Below are positions 1-9,841 of a stretch of 64,000 nt of DNA, one piece after another. The DNA lies in NCBI GenBank assembly GCA_949878575.1, contig CATLAX010000001.1, forward strand, positions 320,220-384,219. Reading direction: 5' to 3'. Under the pieces are notes generated by a model. It was not told where the DNA came from. It searched no databases and worked only from the letters and a program-made list of their open reading frames with translations. The position numbers and the translations under genes are program-made. The DNA is from an uncultured Alphaproteobacteria bacterium. GTDB lineage: Bacteria > Pseudomonadota > Alphaproteobacteria > Rs-D84. Position 1 is the stretch's first letter, and every line of letters begins with the position of its first letter.

Positions 1-2581
1 GGGCGGCGGATGCATCCGCCAGGCCCGTGCCGGATATAAATCCGTTTGTAAATTTATAATCCGGATATTTTTCAAATTTAAACGATGCAGGTGTTAAAAT
101 TACGCGGGCGGATATCCGCTTGTCCGGGGCGGGTGTGCCAAACATGTTGCGCAAAGACACGTTGGCGGTCATATTCTGAGCGGCAATCCATCCGGCGCCG
201 TCGGCGCCCGGCATCGTGGCGCTGATTTTCAAATTGTCCGGGGTGAATTCTTCTATGCGGAAACTGCCGTATCCCAAAATATCCTGTATTTTGTTTTTTG
301 CGTTCAGCGAATACAGCTGCATGTTGTATTCGCCCAGGGGCGCCGTTTCAGGCAATGCATATTTTACGTCAAACATTCCGTCCGGTGTCAAAGAAAACAT
401 TTTTTCCAGCGAAATGCGGCCGCGGGCGTCGCGAACCTCCAGCTTTACGGGGATGCCGGGCAGTGCCTTGAAATTTTTGCCTTTTACAATTCCGGCAATG
501 ACGGCGTTTTCGCCCGGGCGATATATGCCGCGGTCTGTAAACAAAAATGCGTTCAGTGCGGTTGTGCCTGATGCATATACGCCGTCAACGTCAAATTTTG
601 AATATTCAACCATTTGGCCGCCGTCGTTGTATGGAATAAACGATACGTCGTTGCCGCGCCGCGCCACAATCGCCACCGGGGATTTTTCATTTCTGTATTC
701 GTCCCACGGCAGCGCCGGTATGTCCGCACGGCCGGAATTGTCCGTTTGACCGGCCCATACGGAATTTCCGTTGCGGCCCAGAACATATACCTCTACATTA
801 TCGGCGGGTGTCGCCGCGGTCAGATTTGACACGAACAGCGATGACGTGCCGTCCAAATTTACCTTGCGCAACAGGCCCAGATCCGTCAACAGTATCAGAC
901 GGCGGTCGCTGTAATCCGCCTCTGACTGGGACGGGCCGGTTTGAACAATGAATATTCCGGTTTTGTCAGCATGCGTTCTGTCCAGATAATCGCCCAGATC
1001 AACAGATGCATAGTTTACGTGCTTCATTGATGTGTCGGAAAATCCGATTTTCTTTTTGAACACCACCGCCATGTCGTATGCGTCAAAAGACCATGACTTG
1101 AACTCCATGTCGCCGAATATGTTATAGGTTTGGGAAATCAGGTGATTTATTTCCGCCGCCTTTACCTTGTAGAGGTTTATGTATGCCGCATCAACCCCGC
1201 CGCGTGCGGCAATCCCAAGCTGTTTTTCGCCGCCCAGTGCCAGTAACGCACCTGTGCCGGCGATTTTTACGGTGCGTGCCGGGTACGGCACGGCCAGTAC
1301 GCGCCCGCTGCCGTTTTTCAGTGTGAATCCGGATGCGGCCGACATGCCGGATGCAACGGATACATATATAAACCTGTCCTGATTTTCCGATACGTCATAT
1401 TCAAATGCATATTTGTATACCCCCGCCGGATTTTCAAATTCAACAGGTGCGAATTCCAATAATGTCGCTTTTTCCAAAACCTGGGGTGTTATTTCATCGT
1501 CCGCCCAATGGTGCGGGGCGTCGTCCGCCGCATCATTGTCGCGTTTTTTGGGCAATAAATACAGTTTTATGTAATTTTTCCATTTTACATCCCCGGCCGC
1601 GGCCGCCGTCATGTCCAGCAACAACAACTGCTGGGGCAGGCCGGTTCTGTCGTCTGCAACGGTTGTTTCAATTCCGGCGATTTTAAATATGTTGTCGGCG
1701 GATTCTATTGTGATATTCGCCGTCAGTTTTTTTGTGGCTGCGTCCATGCCTTCCGCCGGCAGGCGGTTTATTTTCAGGCGCAAAAACTGGGCGTTGTCGG
1801 TGATTTCAATGGGCGTTGTCGTCAAAAAGGCCGTTCTGTGAAATCTGTCAAATCTGACGCTGTATTCAATTTGCTTCCCGTCCAGCCGCATTGTCGCACG
1901 GTCGGCGAATTTTTTTGTGTCAACGGGATAGTTGAAAGAAATAATCGCAACCCCTATGACCGATTTTGGGGTGTCGGACGGATAGGTATTAAAACTGGCG
2001 ACGGTTGCGGTAAATTCATCGGTGGTAAAAGAAGTCTTGGATTTGGATATGCGGGCGTCCGGATTTGTCAAAGACGGGCTTATTTTTAAAGAAAAGCGCA
2101 TATCCGCGGGCCAGTCGTGTTCGGGTCGGAAAACAATCATGTTTGGTCCACGGCGCGACCATGTGCCGGCTACAGCCGGCGATATTTTTATTTTTTTTGC
2201 AATGTCCTGGTCGGTTAAATCCATTCGCAGCGCCGGCGCATACGGCCCCGATACCTGTTCATATGATACGATTAATTCGCCCGGGGCGCCGATTTCACGG
2301 TTGTTGTTCGGTTCTGGCAGGGCGTTTTGACCAACAAAGTCAATCGTGGCGTTATCTGTAAATGTTGCGGCGGAGGGCTGATTTACAACCAGGTCAAATC
2401 GGGCCGTATCTGCACCTGCGCGTGTTGCGTGCCATATGGCGACGCCGGTGCCGGCAATAATCATTGCCAGCAATAATGCGGCGACAATTTTTTGCCACAG
2501 TTTTAATTTTTCAATAAATTTAAAGGCCTTTGATACAGAATTATTTGTTTGTTTTGCGGATTTTTTTCTGATATTTCTCAT
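1..2581 (-). CDS. Alpha-2-macroglobulin family protein, N-terminal ~860 codons. The gene continues past the window start and is not in the supplied ORF track.
   Basis: My own minus-strand translation from the ATG at 2581..2579 (MRNIRKKSAKQTNNS..., then a TM/anchor segment LLLAMIIAGTGVAIW) runs with no stop to position 1. It contains MG-domain-like segments (e.g. ...IYRPGENAVIAGIVKGKNFKALPGIPVKLEVRDARGRIS...) resembling bacterial alpha2M (YfhM family). Confidence 0.6.
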   Translation of the reverse strand, partial: MRNIRKKSAKQTNNSVSKAFKFIEKLKLWQKIVAALLLAMIIAGTGVAIWHATRAGADTARFDLVVNQPSAATFTDNATIDFVGQNALPEPNNNREIGAPGELIVSYEQVSGPYAPALRMDLTDQDIAKKIKISPAVAGTWSRRGPNMIVFRPEHDWPADMRFSLKISPSLTNPDARISKSKTSFTTDEFTATVASFNTYPSDTPKSVIGVAIISFNYPVDTKKFADRATMRLDGKQIEYSVRFDRFHRTAFLTTTPIEITDNAQFLRLKINRLPAEGMDAATKKLTANITIESADNIFKIAGIETTVADDRTGLPQQLLLLDMTAAAAGDVKWKNYIKLYLLPKKRDNDAADDAPHHWADDEITPQVLEKATLLEFAPVEFENPAGVYKYAFEYDVSENQDRFIYVSVASGMSAASGFTLKNGSGRVLAVPYPARTVKIAGTGALLALGGEKQLGIAARGGVDAAYINLYKVKAAEINHLISQTYNIFGDMEFKSWSFDAYDMAVVFKKKIGFSDTSMKHVNYASVDLGDYLDRTHADKTGIFIVQTGPSQSEADYSDRRLILLTDLGLLRKVNLDGTSSLFVSNLTAATPADNVEVYVLGRNGNSVWAGQTDNSGRADIPALPWDEYRNEKSPVAIVARRGNDVSFIPYNDGGQMVEYSKFDVDGVYASGTTALNAFLFTDRGIYRPGENAVIAGIVKGKNFKALPGIPVKLEVRDARGRISLEKMFSLTPDGMFDVKYALPETAPLGEYNMQLYSLNAKNKIQDILGYGSFRIEEFTPDNLKISATMPGADGAGWIAAQNMTANVSLRNMFGTPAPDKRISARVILTPASFKFEKYPDYKFTNGFISGTGLADASAA

Positions 2582-2774
2582 GCCTGACCCTTCCCGTAAT
2601 AAATGCAAATATATTCTAAATCGCAAAGTCCGGAAAAACAAGTTTTTTGTTGTTTTGGGCTTTTTGTTTTGTGAAATTCATAATTCCATAGTTAAAACAG
2701 TGTGTTATAAATACTTTTTGGTGCGTCGGTTGGGGGATTGGTTTTACCCAAACAGACAAAAGAGGAATAGTATC

Positions 2775-3380
2775 ATGATTTACGGTTACATACGTGTGTC
2801 CACAGACCATCAGACAACAGAAAATCAGCGTTTTGAGATAGAGCGTTTTTGTGAAACAAACAATTTGAAAATTGACTGCTGGATAGAAGAAAAGATATCC
2901 GCTACAAAAGATTTAAACAAAAGGAAACTGGGGCGGCTGATAAAAAATTTAAAGAGTGAAGATTTGTTAATAGCGTCAGAGCTGTCGCGGTTGGGGCGCA
3001 ATTTGCTGCAGGTTATGAGCATACTGCATCACTGCATGAATGTCGGGGCGCGCGTCTGGACAATAAAGGACAATTATCGTCTGGGGGCGGATATTACAAG
3101 CAAAGTTTTGGCGTTTGCGTTCGGTCTGTCCGCCGAGATAGAGCGAAATCTGATTTCCCAGCGAACCAAAGAGGCGTTGGCCCGTTTGAAGTCTGAGGGC
3201 AAACCCATAGGGCGACCGCGCGGCGCGGCTGTTGCATGCAAGCTGGCGGGGCGCGAGAAATACATTTCAAAAAAATTAACCAGCGGCAGCAGCAAATATG
3301 AAATTGCACGGCGTCTGCGGGTGCACAGGGATACTCTTAATAAATTTATAGCTTTAAACGGCTTGGCGCCGACGGCGTAA
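2775..3380 (+). CDS. Small serine recombinase (resolvase/invertase family), orphan
   Basis: MIYGYIRVSTDHQTTENQ catalytic-serine motif near the N-terminus and a C-terminal HTH (KYEIARRLRVHRDTLNKF). An RBS aagaggaa precedes the ATG at 2775. The longer ORF 2436..3380 is an N-terminal over-extension. Confidence 0.8.
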   Translation: MIYGYIRVSTDHQTTENQRFEIERFCETNNLKIDCWIEEKISATKDLNKRKLGRLIKNLKSEDLLIASELSRLGRNLLQVMSILHHCMNVGARVWTIKDNYRLGADITSKVLAFAFGLSAEIERNLISQRTKEALARLKSEGKPIGRPRGAAVACKLAGREKYISKKLTSGSSKYEIARRLRVHRDTLNKFIALNGLAPTA

Positions 3381-3387
3381 TGATTGC

Positions 3388-5205
3388 CTAAAACGCGATT
3401 TTGCGTTTCGCCATGATATAAAATTCGTCCGTGCCGGCGGTGTTGTCAACGAATGCCGCCGTGACGTCCCTGTACGACAGCGAATATTCTATCGCGCCGC
3501 CGCCGCTTAACGATGTTTTGTAATCGTTGAACATCAGCGTGCCGTCCGCCGTGCGTGAACGGGGCATGCGCATATGCATGTCGCCGGCCAGAATCATGTC
3601 CGGAATGGCGACTGATGCGGCCCAGTTGCCCCGCCGCAGCCCGGTTGAAATGCCGGCGGTGTATATTCCGGAAAACTTTGTGACCATGGAATCCGTGCGG
3701 CCGCGTGGATGGGCGGCGCCGATTTCCGGGCGCAAGAATATTTTTGTGTGCCGGCCCGCGTCAAATTCACCGTTAATCGCGACAAATGTTATGGTGTTGT
3801 TTTCATCCGTCCCCAGCAGGCCGGCCGCTGATAAAAATTCACTGCGGCGGAATCCGAATTCCACGGGGCCGGCATTTGCGCTGAGTTTGCGCGGCCCGCG
3901 CAGCGCTTCAAATCCGCGGCCGTGGTTTTTAATTTTTATCTGGTCGCGCAGGTATGCCTCAAACGTGCGGCCGTAATCGTCCACGAATGCCAGCTTTATA
4001 TCGCTGTGCTGTAATTTGCGGCCGATTGCGGCCGGCACATGTGCCGCGCGCAGCGGTGCCGCGCCGCCCGCCGCCAGTGGCACCAGCTGCGTTCCGACAG
4101 GGCGCGATGCGCGTTCCAAATCCAGCATTCCGTGACCGTATACCGCGTCAACACCGGGGGCGCCCAAATCGCGCGCGGTGGTAAACAGCAGGTCGGTTAT
4201 CTGTTCCGGGGTCATGTATGGGAATGCTTCGCGTAATACGGCGACGGCGGCCGATACGACCGGTGCGGCAAAAGATGTTCCGGATACCACGCGGCCCCCG
4301 GCGTCAATTCCGCTTCCGGGGGCGGTGATGCAGTATTCCATTGTTGCGCCGCATGCGTTGCTGTATTCGGCCAGGGCGCCGCGTGCGTCATCCCATGCCA
4401 CAACGTTTATAAAATGACCGCGCATTTCCGGCACCACGCGGGGCAGGGCGGACAGTGCGCCCGGCTGTGCGGCGCCCTCGTTCCCGGCGGCCCATACAAA
4501 TATGGTGCCGCGCCGGGCCGCGGCGGCCATATTGTCTATGAAATTAACATCTGTTAGGTGTGCAACCTGTTCCCGGGAATGTACTGCGTTTGCCCGCATT
4601 TCCGTGTTCCAGCTGGCATTAATAATATCTGATGTTGCGGCGGCCGTGGCGATAACATCGCCGATTTCGCCATATGTTATGAATTTGTTGCCGCGGTCGG
4701 CTATCTGATAATGTGTCACGACGGCGTCCGGTGCAATCGGACCGGCGGCGATGGCGGCAACAGCCTTGCCGTGCCATGATGCGGAATCCAAAACGGCTAT
4801 GTTGGAATTTTTTCCCGTATACCCGCGGGCCAGCGAATACGCCAGGCGTATGGTGTCATATTGTGACTGATTTTTTATGTATGCGTCTGTTGCCATAACG
4901 GCGGACAGTTTTGCCTCTGTTACATCACCGCCGACATAGTTGTATGTGTTCATCGTCGGCATGGCGTCGCCGCCGCCACCACCGCCGCCCCCGCCGGACA
5001 TTCCCGCGGCCATCGCGACGCCGGCCGCCGTCGCGGCACCGCCCAGAACCAGGGCGGTGCCGATCCATGTTTTGGATGATTTTGCGCATTCCGCGGGATG
5101 GGCCTTGTTGTATATCGGATTATCGCATTTGTTTTGCGTCGCGCCGTTTGCAGGAAACGTGGCGATAATAATTGCGGCGATTAAAACAAATTTTGGCGTG
5201 TGCAT
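3388..5205 (-). CDS. S8 family (subtilisin-like) serine peptidase with signal peptide, poly-Gly linker and C-terminal extension (possible autotransporter beta-domain)
   Basis: The signal peptide is MHTPKFVLIAAIIIATFPANGA. There is a G9 run, an Asp motif (NIAVLDSASW) and GTSFAAPVVSAAVAVL with the catalytic Ser. The C-terminus ends in ...KIAF. Confidence 0.75.
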   Translation of the reverse strand: MHTPKFVLIAAIIIATFPANGATQNKCDNPIYNKAHPAECAKSSKTWIGTALVLGGAATAAGVAMAAGMSGGGGGGGGGDAMPTMNTYNYVGGDVTEAKLSAVMATDAYIKNQSQYDTIRLAYSLARGYTGKNSNIAVLDSASWHGKAVAAIAAGPIAPDAVVTHYQIADRGNKFITYGEIGDVIATAAATSDIINASWNTEMRANAVHSREQVAHLTDVNFIDNMAAAARRGTIFVWAAGNEGAAQPGALSALPRVVPEMRGHFINVVAWDDARGALAEYSNACGATMEYCITAPGSGIDAGGRVVSGTSFAAPVVSAAVAVLREAFPYMTPEQITDLLFTTARDLGAPGVDAVYGHGMLDLERASRPVGTQLVPLAAGGAAPLRAAHVPAAIGRKLQHSDIKLAFVDDYGRTFEAYLRDQIKIKNHGRGFEALRGPRKLSANAGPVEFGFRRSEFLSAAGLLGTDENNTITFVAINGEFDAGRHTKIFLRPEIGAAHPRGRTDSMVTKFSGIYTAGISTGLRRGNWAASVAIPDMILAGDMHMRMPRSRTADGTLMFNDYKTSLSGGGAIEYSLSYRDVTAAFVDNTAGTDEFYIMAKRKIAF

Positions 5206-5446
5206 TTAATCCTGCTCTTCTCTCTTTAAATATAAATACCAACTTTGTTTTTGTCAATACGGATTCAAGAAATTTTATTTTTATAAGGAATATGAAAAAT
5301 AGCTTGATTTTTGGGGATAGTTCGGCTATTATCGGCGTACGCGCTTTGCGTGAAGAACACAACCGTTGTGCAAGAATTTCTGTCCGGACATATATTTCGG
5401 TCTTGATGCACACGGCGAGGATAACAACAGAAAAAAGGATAAAATC

Positions 5447-6298
5447 ATGGCATTGCCAACATTTACTATGAAGCAGCTGATGGAAGCGGGCGTTCATTTT
5501 GGTCATCACACACGTCGCTGGAATCCGCTGATGACGCCGTATGTTTACGGGGTTAAGGATAAAATTCACATCATCAATTTGAACAAGACGGCACCCTTGC
5601 TGCATCGCAGCTTGGTTGCATTGGAAGCGATTGCCGCCGCCGGTGGCAAGATTCTGTTTGTCGCGACCAAGCATCAGGCCAAAGACATTGTCAAAGATGC
5701 GGCGGAACGCTGCGGCCAGTATTATGTTAACAACCGCTGGCTGGGTGGTATGCTGACAAACTGGACAACGGTGTCACAGTCTATTCGTCGTCTGAAAAAG
5801 ATGGAGGCGGACATTGAAAACGCCGACAAACTGGGGCTGACTAAAAAAGAAGTCGGCGTAATGACCAAAGAGGTTGAAAAGCTGCGCGGTATTTTCGGCG
5901 GTATTTTGGAAATGCACGGCACACCCCAGGCGATGATTGTAATTGACGTGCCGCGTGAAATGAACGCCGTACGTGAGGCCAAGACACTGGACATTCCGAC
6001 GGTTGCGATTTGTGATACGAATGCGAATCCGGAAATGGTTGACTATCCGGTGCCGGGCAACGACGACGCGGCCCGTGCGACACAGCTGTATTGCGACCTG
6101 TTTGTGGACGCCATTCTGTCCGGTATTGAAAAGCGCCTGGGCGGCGCGGCCGGCAAAAAGGTTGAATCCGATATGAAGGCGGCGGCGGCCGACGAATTTG
6201 AATCGGATGTCAAAGAACGCGAAGCACGCGCAAAATCCAAAATGACGGAAGCGCGCGCCGAACGTCGCGGCAAACTGGCCGACAAGGCGGATAAATAA
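5447..6298 (+). CDS. rpsB: 30S ribosomal protein S2
   Basis: MALPTFTMKQLMEAGVHFGHHTRRWNP... is the canonical S2 N-terminus. An RBS aaaaggataaaatc precedes the ATG. Confidence 0.95.
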   Translation: MALPTFTMKQLMEAGVHFGHHTRRWNPLMTPYVYGVKDKIHIINLNKTAPLLHRSLVALEAIAAAGGKILFVATKHQAKDIVKDAAERCGQYYVNNRWLGGMLTNWTTVSQSIRRLKKMEADIENADKLGLTKKEVGVMTKEVEKLRGIFGGILEMHGTPQAMIVIDVPREMNAVREAKTLDIPTVAICDTNANPEMVDYPVPGNDDAARATQLYCDLFVDAILSGIEKRLGGAAGKKVESDMKAAAADEFESDVKEREARAKSKMTEARAERRGKLADKADK

Positions 6299-6373
6299 AT
6301 CACCCGGTGGTGTGCGGCGCAAATGCGCCGCACACCGCGGGACAAATCAATCATATTTCAACGGGAGAAAACA

Positions 6374-7243
6374 ATGGCAGAAATAACAGCAAAACTGATT
6401 CAACAGCTGCGTGAAAAAACATCCGCCGGCATGATGGATTGCAAGAAAGCGCTGATAGAGGCAAACGGCGACATAGAGGCGGCTGCCGATTGGTTGCGTC
6501 AAAAGGGCATTGTAAAGGCCGCGTCAAAGGCGGGCCGTGTTGCGGCATCCGGTCTGGTCACGGTTGTTAAATGCGACGGTTTGGGTTGCGTTGTTGAATT
6601 GAATGCGGAAACGGATTTCGTGGCCAAAAATGACAAGTTCCAGAAACTGGTGGCGGATGTCGCCGCACGTGCGCTGGCGTTAAAGGGCGATTTTGATGCG
6701 ACACTGGCCGCGGTTAAGGATGATATTGCCGCAACGATTTCCACAATCGGTGAAAACATGAACCTGCGCCGTATTGCAAAGGTTTCCGGTGATCATATTT
6801 ATACATATGTGCACAATGCCATGGTTCCCGGCATGGGTCAGATTGGTGTTGCGGTTGCAATAAACGGTGATGGCGCCGCGATTGATGAAATCGGGCCGAA
6901 AATTGCGATGCACATTGCCGCGAACAAGCCGGAATTCATGACGATTGACGATGTTGATCCGGCGGCGGTTGAACGCGAAAAGAAGGTGTTTATTGAATCC
7001 GGCGCAACCGCGGGCAAACCGGACATGGTTGTTGAAAAGATGGTTTCGGGCCGTATTGCGAAATACTATGCCGAAAGCGTTCTGGAAGAACAGCCGTTCG
7101 TTATGGACCCGTCCAAAAAGGTTAAGGACGTCGTGGCCGAGGCTGGCGGAAAACTGGCCGGCTTTGCGTTCTATGTCCTGGGCGAAGGGATTGAGAAGAA
7201 AGACGACAACCTGGCCGACGAAGTGGCCAAGATGTTGGGCTAA
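6374..7243 (+). CDS. tsf: Elongation factor Ts
   Basis: MAEITAKLIQQLREKTSAGMMDCKKAL... lies directly downstream of rpsB, giving the conserved rpsB-tsf pair. Confidence 0.95.
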   Translation: MAEITAKLIQQLREKTSAGMMDCKKALIEANGDIEAAADWLRQKGIVKAASKAGRVAASGLVTVVKCDGLGCVVELNAETDFVAKNDKFQKLVADVAARALALKGDFDATLAAVKDDIAATISTIGENMNLRRIAKVSGDHIYTYVHNAMVPGMGQIGVAVAINGDGAAIDEIGPKIAMHIAANKPEFMTIDDVDPAAVEREKKVFIESGATAGKPDMVVEKMVSGRIAKYYAESVLEEQPFVMDPSKKVKDVVAEAGGKLAGFAFYVLGEGIEKKDDNLADEVAKMLG

Positions 7244-7269
7244 GTTATGCCGCGAATGGTCGGGAAAGG

Positions 7270-7298
7270 GTAAAAATCCGGCAAATGCCGGATTTTTA
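7270..7298 (+). terminator. Intrinsic terminator after tsf
   Basis: aaaaatccggcaaatgccggatttttac hairpin followed by a T-run. Confidence 0.6.
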
Positions 7299-7340
7299 CT
7301 GGCCTGGGGGTGCGCGGCGACAAATGCAAACGGATAAAAA

Positions 7341-7745
7341 ATGGAAATATATAAGGCTGCTTTTGTATATAACAAACCGGGTGCCAAATATTTGGAGGTA
7401 TGGCAGCCGAATTTTACACCGGCGCCGGTTTATATTCCGGTAATGTATCGTAATTTGTTACAAAGCGGAATGTACATACGGGTATACAAAAATCGTGACA
7501 ATGCCACGATGGCGTATGGATTCGGCAATAATTTGCTGTTCGTAAACCCGCCGACAACGCGTTATGAAATGCAGTTGGTGTTGAACAATATGCGCGATAT
7601 TTATTCCGGAAAACTGGACAGTCTGTTGTTTAAATACGATTTGCGCCGCTGTTTAAGCAAAAACGGACTGTGTCCGACACATGATGCCATAACAAATATG
7701 ATATTGTATGCGTTGGCGATGGATATATATCGCGGCGAACGGTAA
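7341..7745 (+). CDS. Hypothetical protein
   Basis: 134-aa ORF with no recognisable motif. Confidence 0.35.
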   Translation: MEIYKAAFVYNKPGAKYLEVWQPNFTPAPVYIPVMYRNLLQSGMYIRVYKNRDNATMAYGFGNNLLFVNPPTTRYEMQLVLNNMRDIYSGKLDSLLFKYDLRRCLSKNGLCPTHDAITNMILYALAMDIYRGER

Positions 7746-8055
7746 CCGTTTGCGTGTTTTTGTTTGATGTAAATTCGTTTGTTTTTTCGTCGATGTCATT
7801 GTTACGTTTGCGTCCGCGCGGGGTGCGGGCGGACAGGATGGCCCGGCGAATTTCTTTTTGGTTGGCCAGAGCCGGGGTACACCAGCCGACGTCGGGCCAT
7901 AAATTTCATATGATTTTGTTATAGGGCCGGGTGGCAGATAGCCCCACCTTTTTCTGATTGGAGATGAGAAGCAGGTAAAGAACCCATCATAAAAGCCACC
8001 CGGTAAAAATTAACCGCCAAAAGAAAGCCAGACGCATAATAAGGCTTTTAAAAGC

Positions 8056-8127
8056 GGTTGGAGGTTAAGAAACTATCATTCTAAGAAAATAGCCCGGTTT
8101 ATTCAATACATTCACCGGCCTCCAACC
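8056..8127 (+). repeat. Hairpin repeat element, copy 1 (GGTTGGAGG ... TTATTCAATACATTCAC ... CCTCCAACC)
   Basis: 9-bp terminal inverted arms ggttggagg/cctccaacc enclose a conserved internal motif. Confidence 0.8.
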
Positions 8128-8281
8128 AGCAAGGTCAGAGTGTTTTAACGTGCCCCGGCACGCTTAGAATGGAGGTTTCTTAAGCCTCACACTAATATCA
8201 TTAGTGCATATGAATAATATCATATATTTTTAATTGTATCAAGAAAAAAATAATGCAAAAACCATCCTCTAATTTTTAGAC

Positions 8282-8346
8282 GGTTGGGGGTAAGAACTAC
8301 CATTCAGAATAGCGCAGTTATTCAATATATTCACTGCCCCCCAACC
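8282..8346 (+). repeat. Hairpin repeat element, copy 2 (arms GGTTGGGGG/CCCCCAACC, compensatory change)
   Basis: Same internal motif ttattcaatatattcac. Both arms changed A->G / T->C so that pairing is preserved. Confidence 0.8.
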
Positions 8347-8459
8347 ATATGTTAGAGTATTTTTTATTTGAATGAATAGGTTCTTATGCCTATACCGGCA
8401 ACACACCGATACATAGACAATTATATATAATATTTTGCTGATTTCAATATATAAAAAGT

Positions 8460-8529
8460 TGGTCGGATGTTCTAAACTATATCAATGTGATAGAGTGGCT
8501 TATTCCGTATATTCGCCACCATCCGACCA
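8460..8529 (+). repeat. Hairpin repeat element, copy 3 (arms TGGTCGGATG/CATCCGACCA, compensatory changes)
   Basis: Internal motif ttattccgtatattcgcca. The arms differ from the consensus but remain complementary. Confidence 0.7.
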
Positions 8530-8626
8530 TGTGGGAATTATATCATATTTATATTGATGTTTATATGCTAAAAAGTTGCATGGGCGCCAAAAAGCTGATA
8601 TTATTTTTATTTGAAAAGGATTAGCC

Positions 8627-9841
8627 ATGCAAAACGAATTGTTGCGCGAATTGTCCGCGCGCGGATTTATTAATCAGGTTTCTAATATTGATGCATTAAA
8701 CGATGCCTTGAATTCCGGGAAAATTGCCGCATATTTGGGGTCCGACCCGACGGCCGATTCGTTGCATGTGGGGCATTTGGTGCCGGTGATGATGATGCGC
8801 TGGCTGCAAAAATACGGGCATCGGCCGATTATGCTGGTCGGCGGCGCAACAGGCCGCATCGGTGATCCGTCCGGCCGTGATAGCGGGCGCCCCATGATGA
8901 CAGAGGAAACGCTGGCCCGCAATATTGCCGGATTGAAAAAGTCTTATTCAAAATTCTTTCATTTCGGCGACGGGGACTCTGACGCAATCATGGTGGATAA
9001 TTACGACTGGATGGGGGGGTATTCGCATCTGGATTTCCTGCGCGATTTTGGAACGGATTTTACCGTGCCGCGCATGCTGTCCATGGAAAGCGTGAAGCGT
9101 CGTCTGGACAATGGAATGACATTTTTGGAATTTAATTACATGACGTTCCAGGCGGTGGATTTTTTAACCCTGTACAAGGATTACGGGTGCATATTGCAGA
9201 CATGCGGCGCCGACCAGTGGGGCAACGCCATTATGGGAATTGAATTAATACGCAAAAAACTGGGGAAAGAGGCGTTCGTTCTGTCCACGTCGTTAATTAC
9301 CGATTCCAACGGCAATAAAATCGGCAAATCCGCCGGAAACGCAATATGGGTGAACGAAGACAAGACGTCGCCATATGAATACTATCAGTATTTCCGCAAT
9401 ACGCCGGATGATTTGGTGGAAAAGTTTTTAAAGATATTTACGGAAATTCCGCTGGATGAAATTGCGCGCCTGGCCGCGCTGCGCGGGGCGGAATTGAACG
9501 AGGCGAAAAAGATTTTGGCGTTTGCCGCAACAGAAATCGCGCATGGAACCGCCGCGGCAACGGATGCCGCCGCCGCCGCCGCCGCGTTGTTTGGGGGCGG
9601 GGCGGATATGTCAAACGCCCCGTCTGTGACGATGCCGATGGCGGCGCCGATGGGGATTGTGGATTTTTTATGCGCGGCCGGCATGTTCACGTCAAAGTCA
9701 GAGGCGCGGCGCATGATAGAACAGGGCGGAATTCAAATTGACGGTGTCAAAATAACCGACCCGCGTGCAATGATTGCGCCGGCGTGCGACATCATGGTGC
9801 AAAAGGGCAAGAAAACTTTCCTGCGGGTGATGTGTAAATAA
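8627..9841 (+). CDS. tyrS: Tyrosyl-tRNA synthetase
   Basis: HVGHLVP (HIGH motif) and KIGKS (KMSKS motif), with a C-terminal S4-like domain. Confidence 0.9.
   Translation: MQNELLRELSARGFINQVSNIDALNDALNSGKIAAYLGSDPTADSLHVGHLVPVMMMRWLQKYGHRPIMLVGGATGRIGDPSGRDSGRPMMTEETLARNIAGLKKSYSKFFHFGDGDSDAIMVDNYDWMGGYSHLDFLRDFGTDFTVPRMLSMESVKRRLDNGMTFLEFNYMTFQAVDFLTLYKDYGCILQTCGADQWGNAIMGIELIRKKLGKEAFVLSTSLITDSNGNKIGKSAGNAIWVNEDKTSPYEYYQYFRNTPDDLVEKFLKIFTEIPLDEIARLAALRGAELNEAKKILAFAATEIAHGTAAATDAAAAAAALFGGGADMSNAPSVTMPMAAPMGIVDFLCAAGMFTSKSEARRMIEQGGIQIDGVKITDPRAMIAPACDIMVQKGKKTFLRVMCK

Noticed and set aside
216-2361. Seven plus-strand ORFs of 61-177 aa at the window start
   Set aside because: All lie antisense to the uninterrupted alpha-2-macroglobulin reading frame found on the minus strand.
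5120-5674. 184-aa minus-strand ORF spanning the rpsB promoter and start
   Set aside because: It overlaps the S8 protease 5' end and the rpsB 5' end and has no motif support. The rpsB and S8 calls explain the region.
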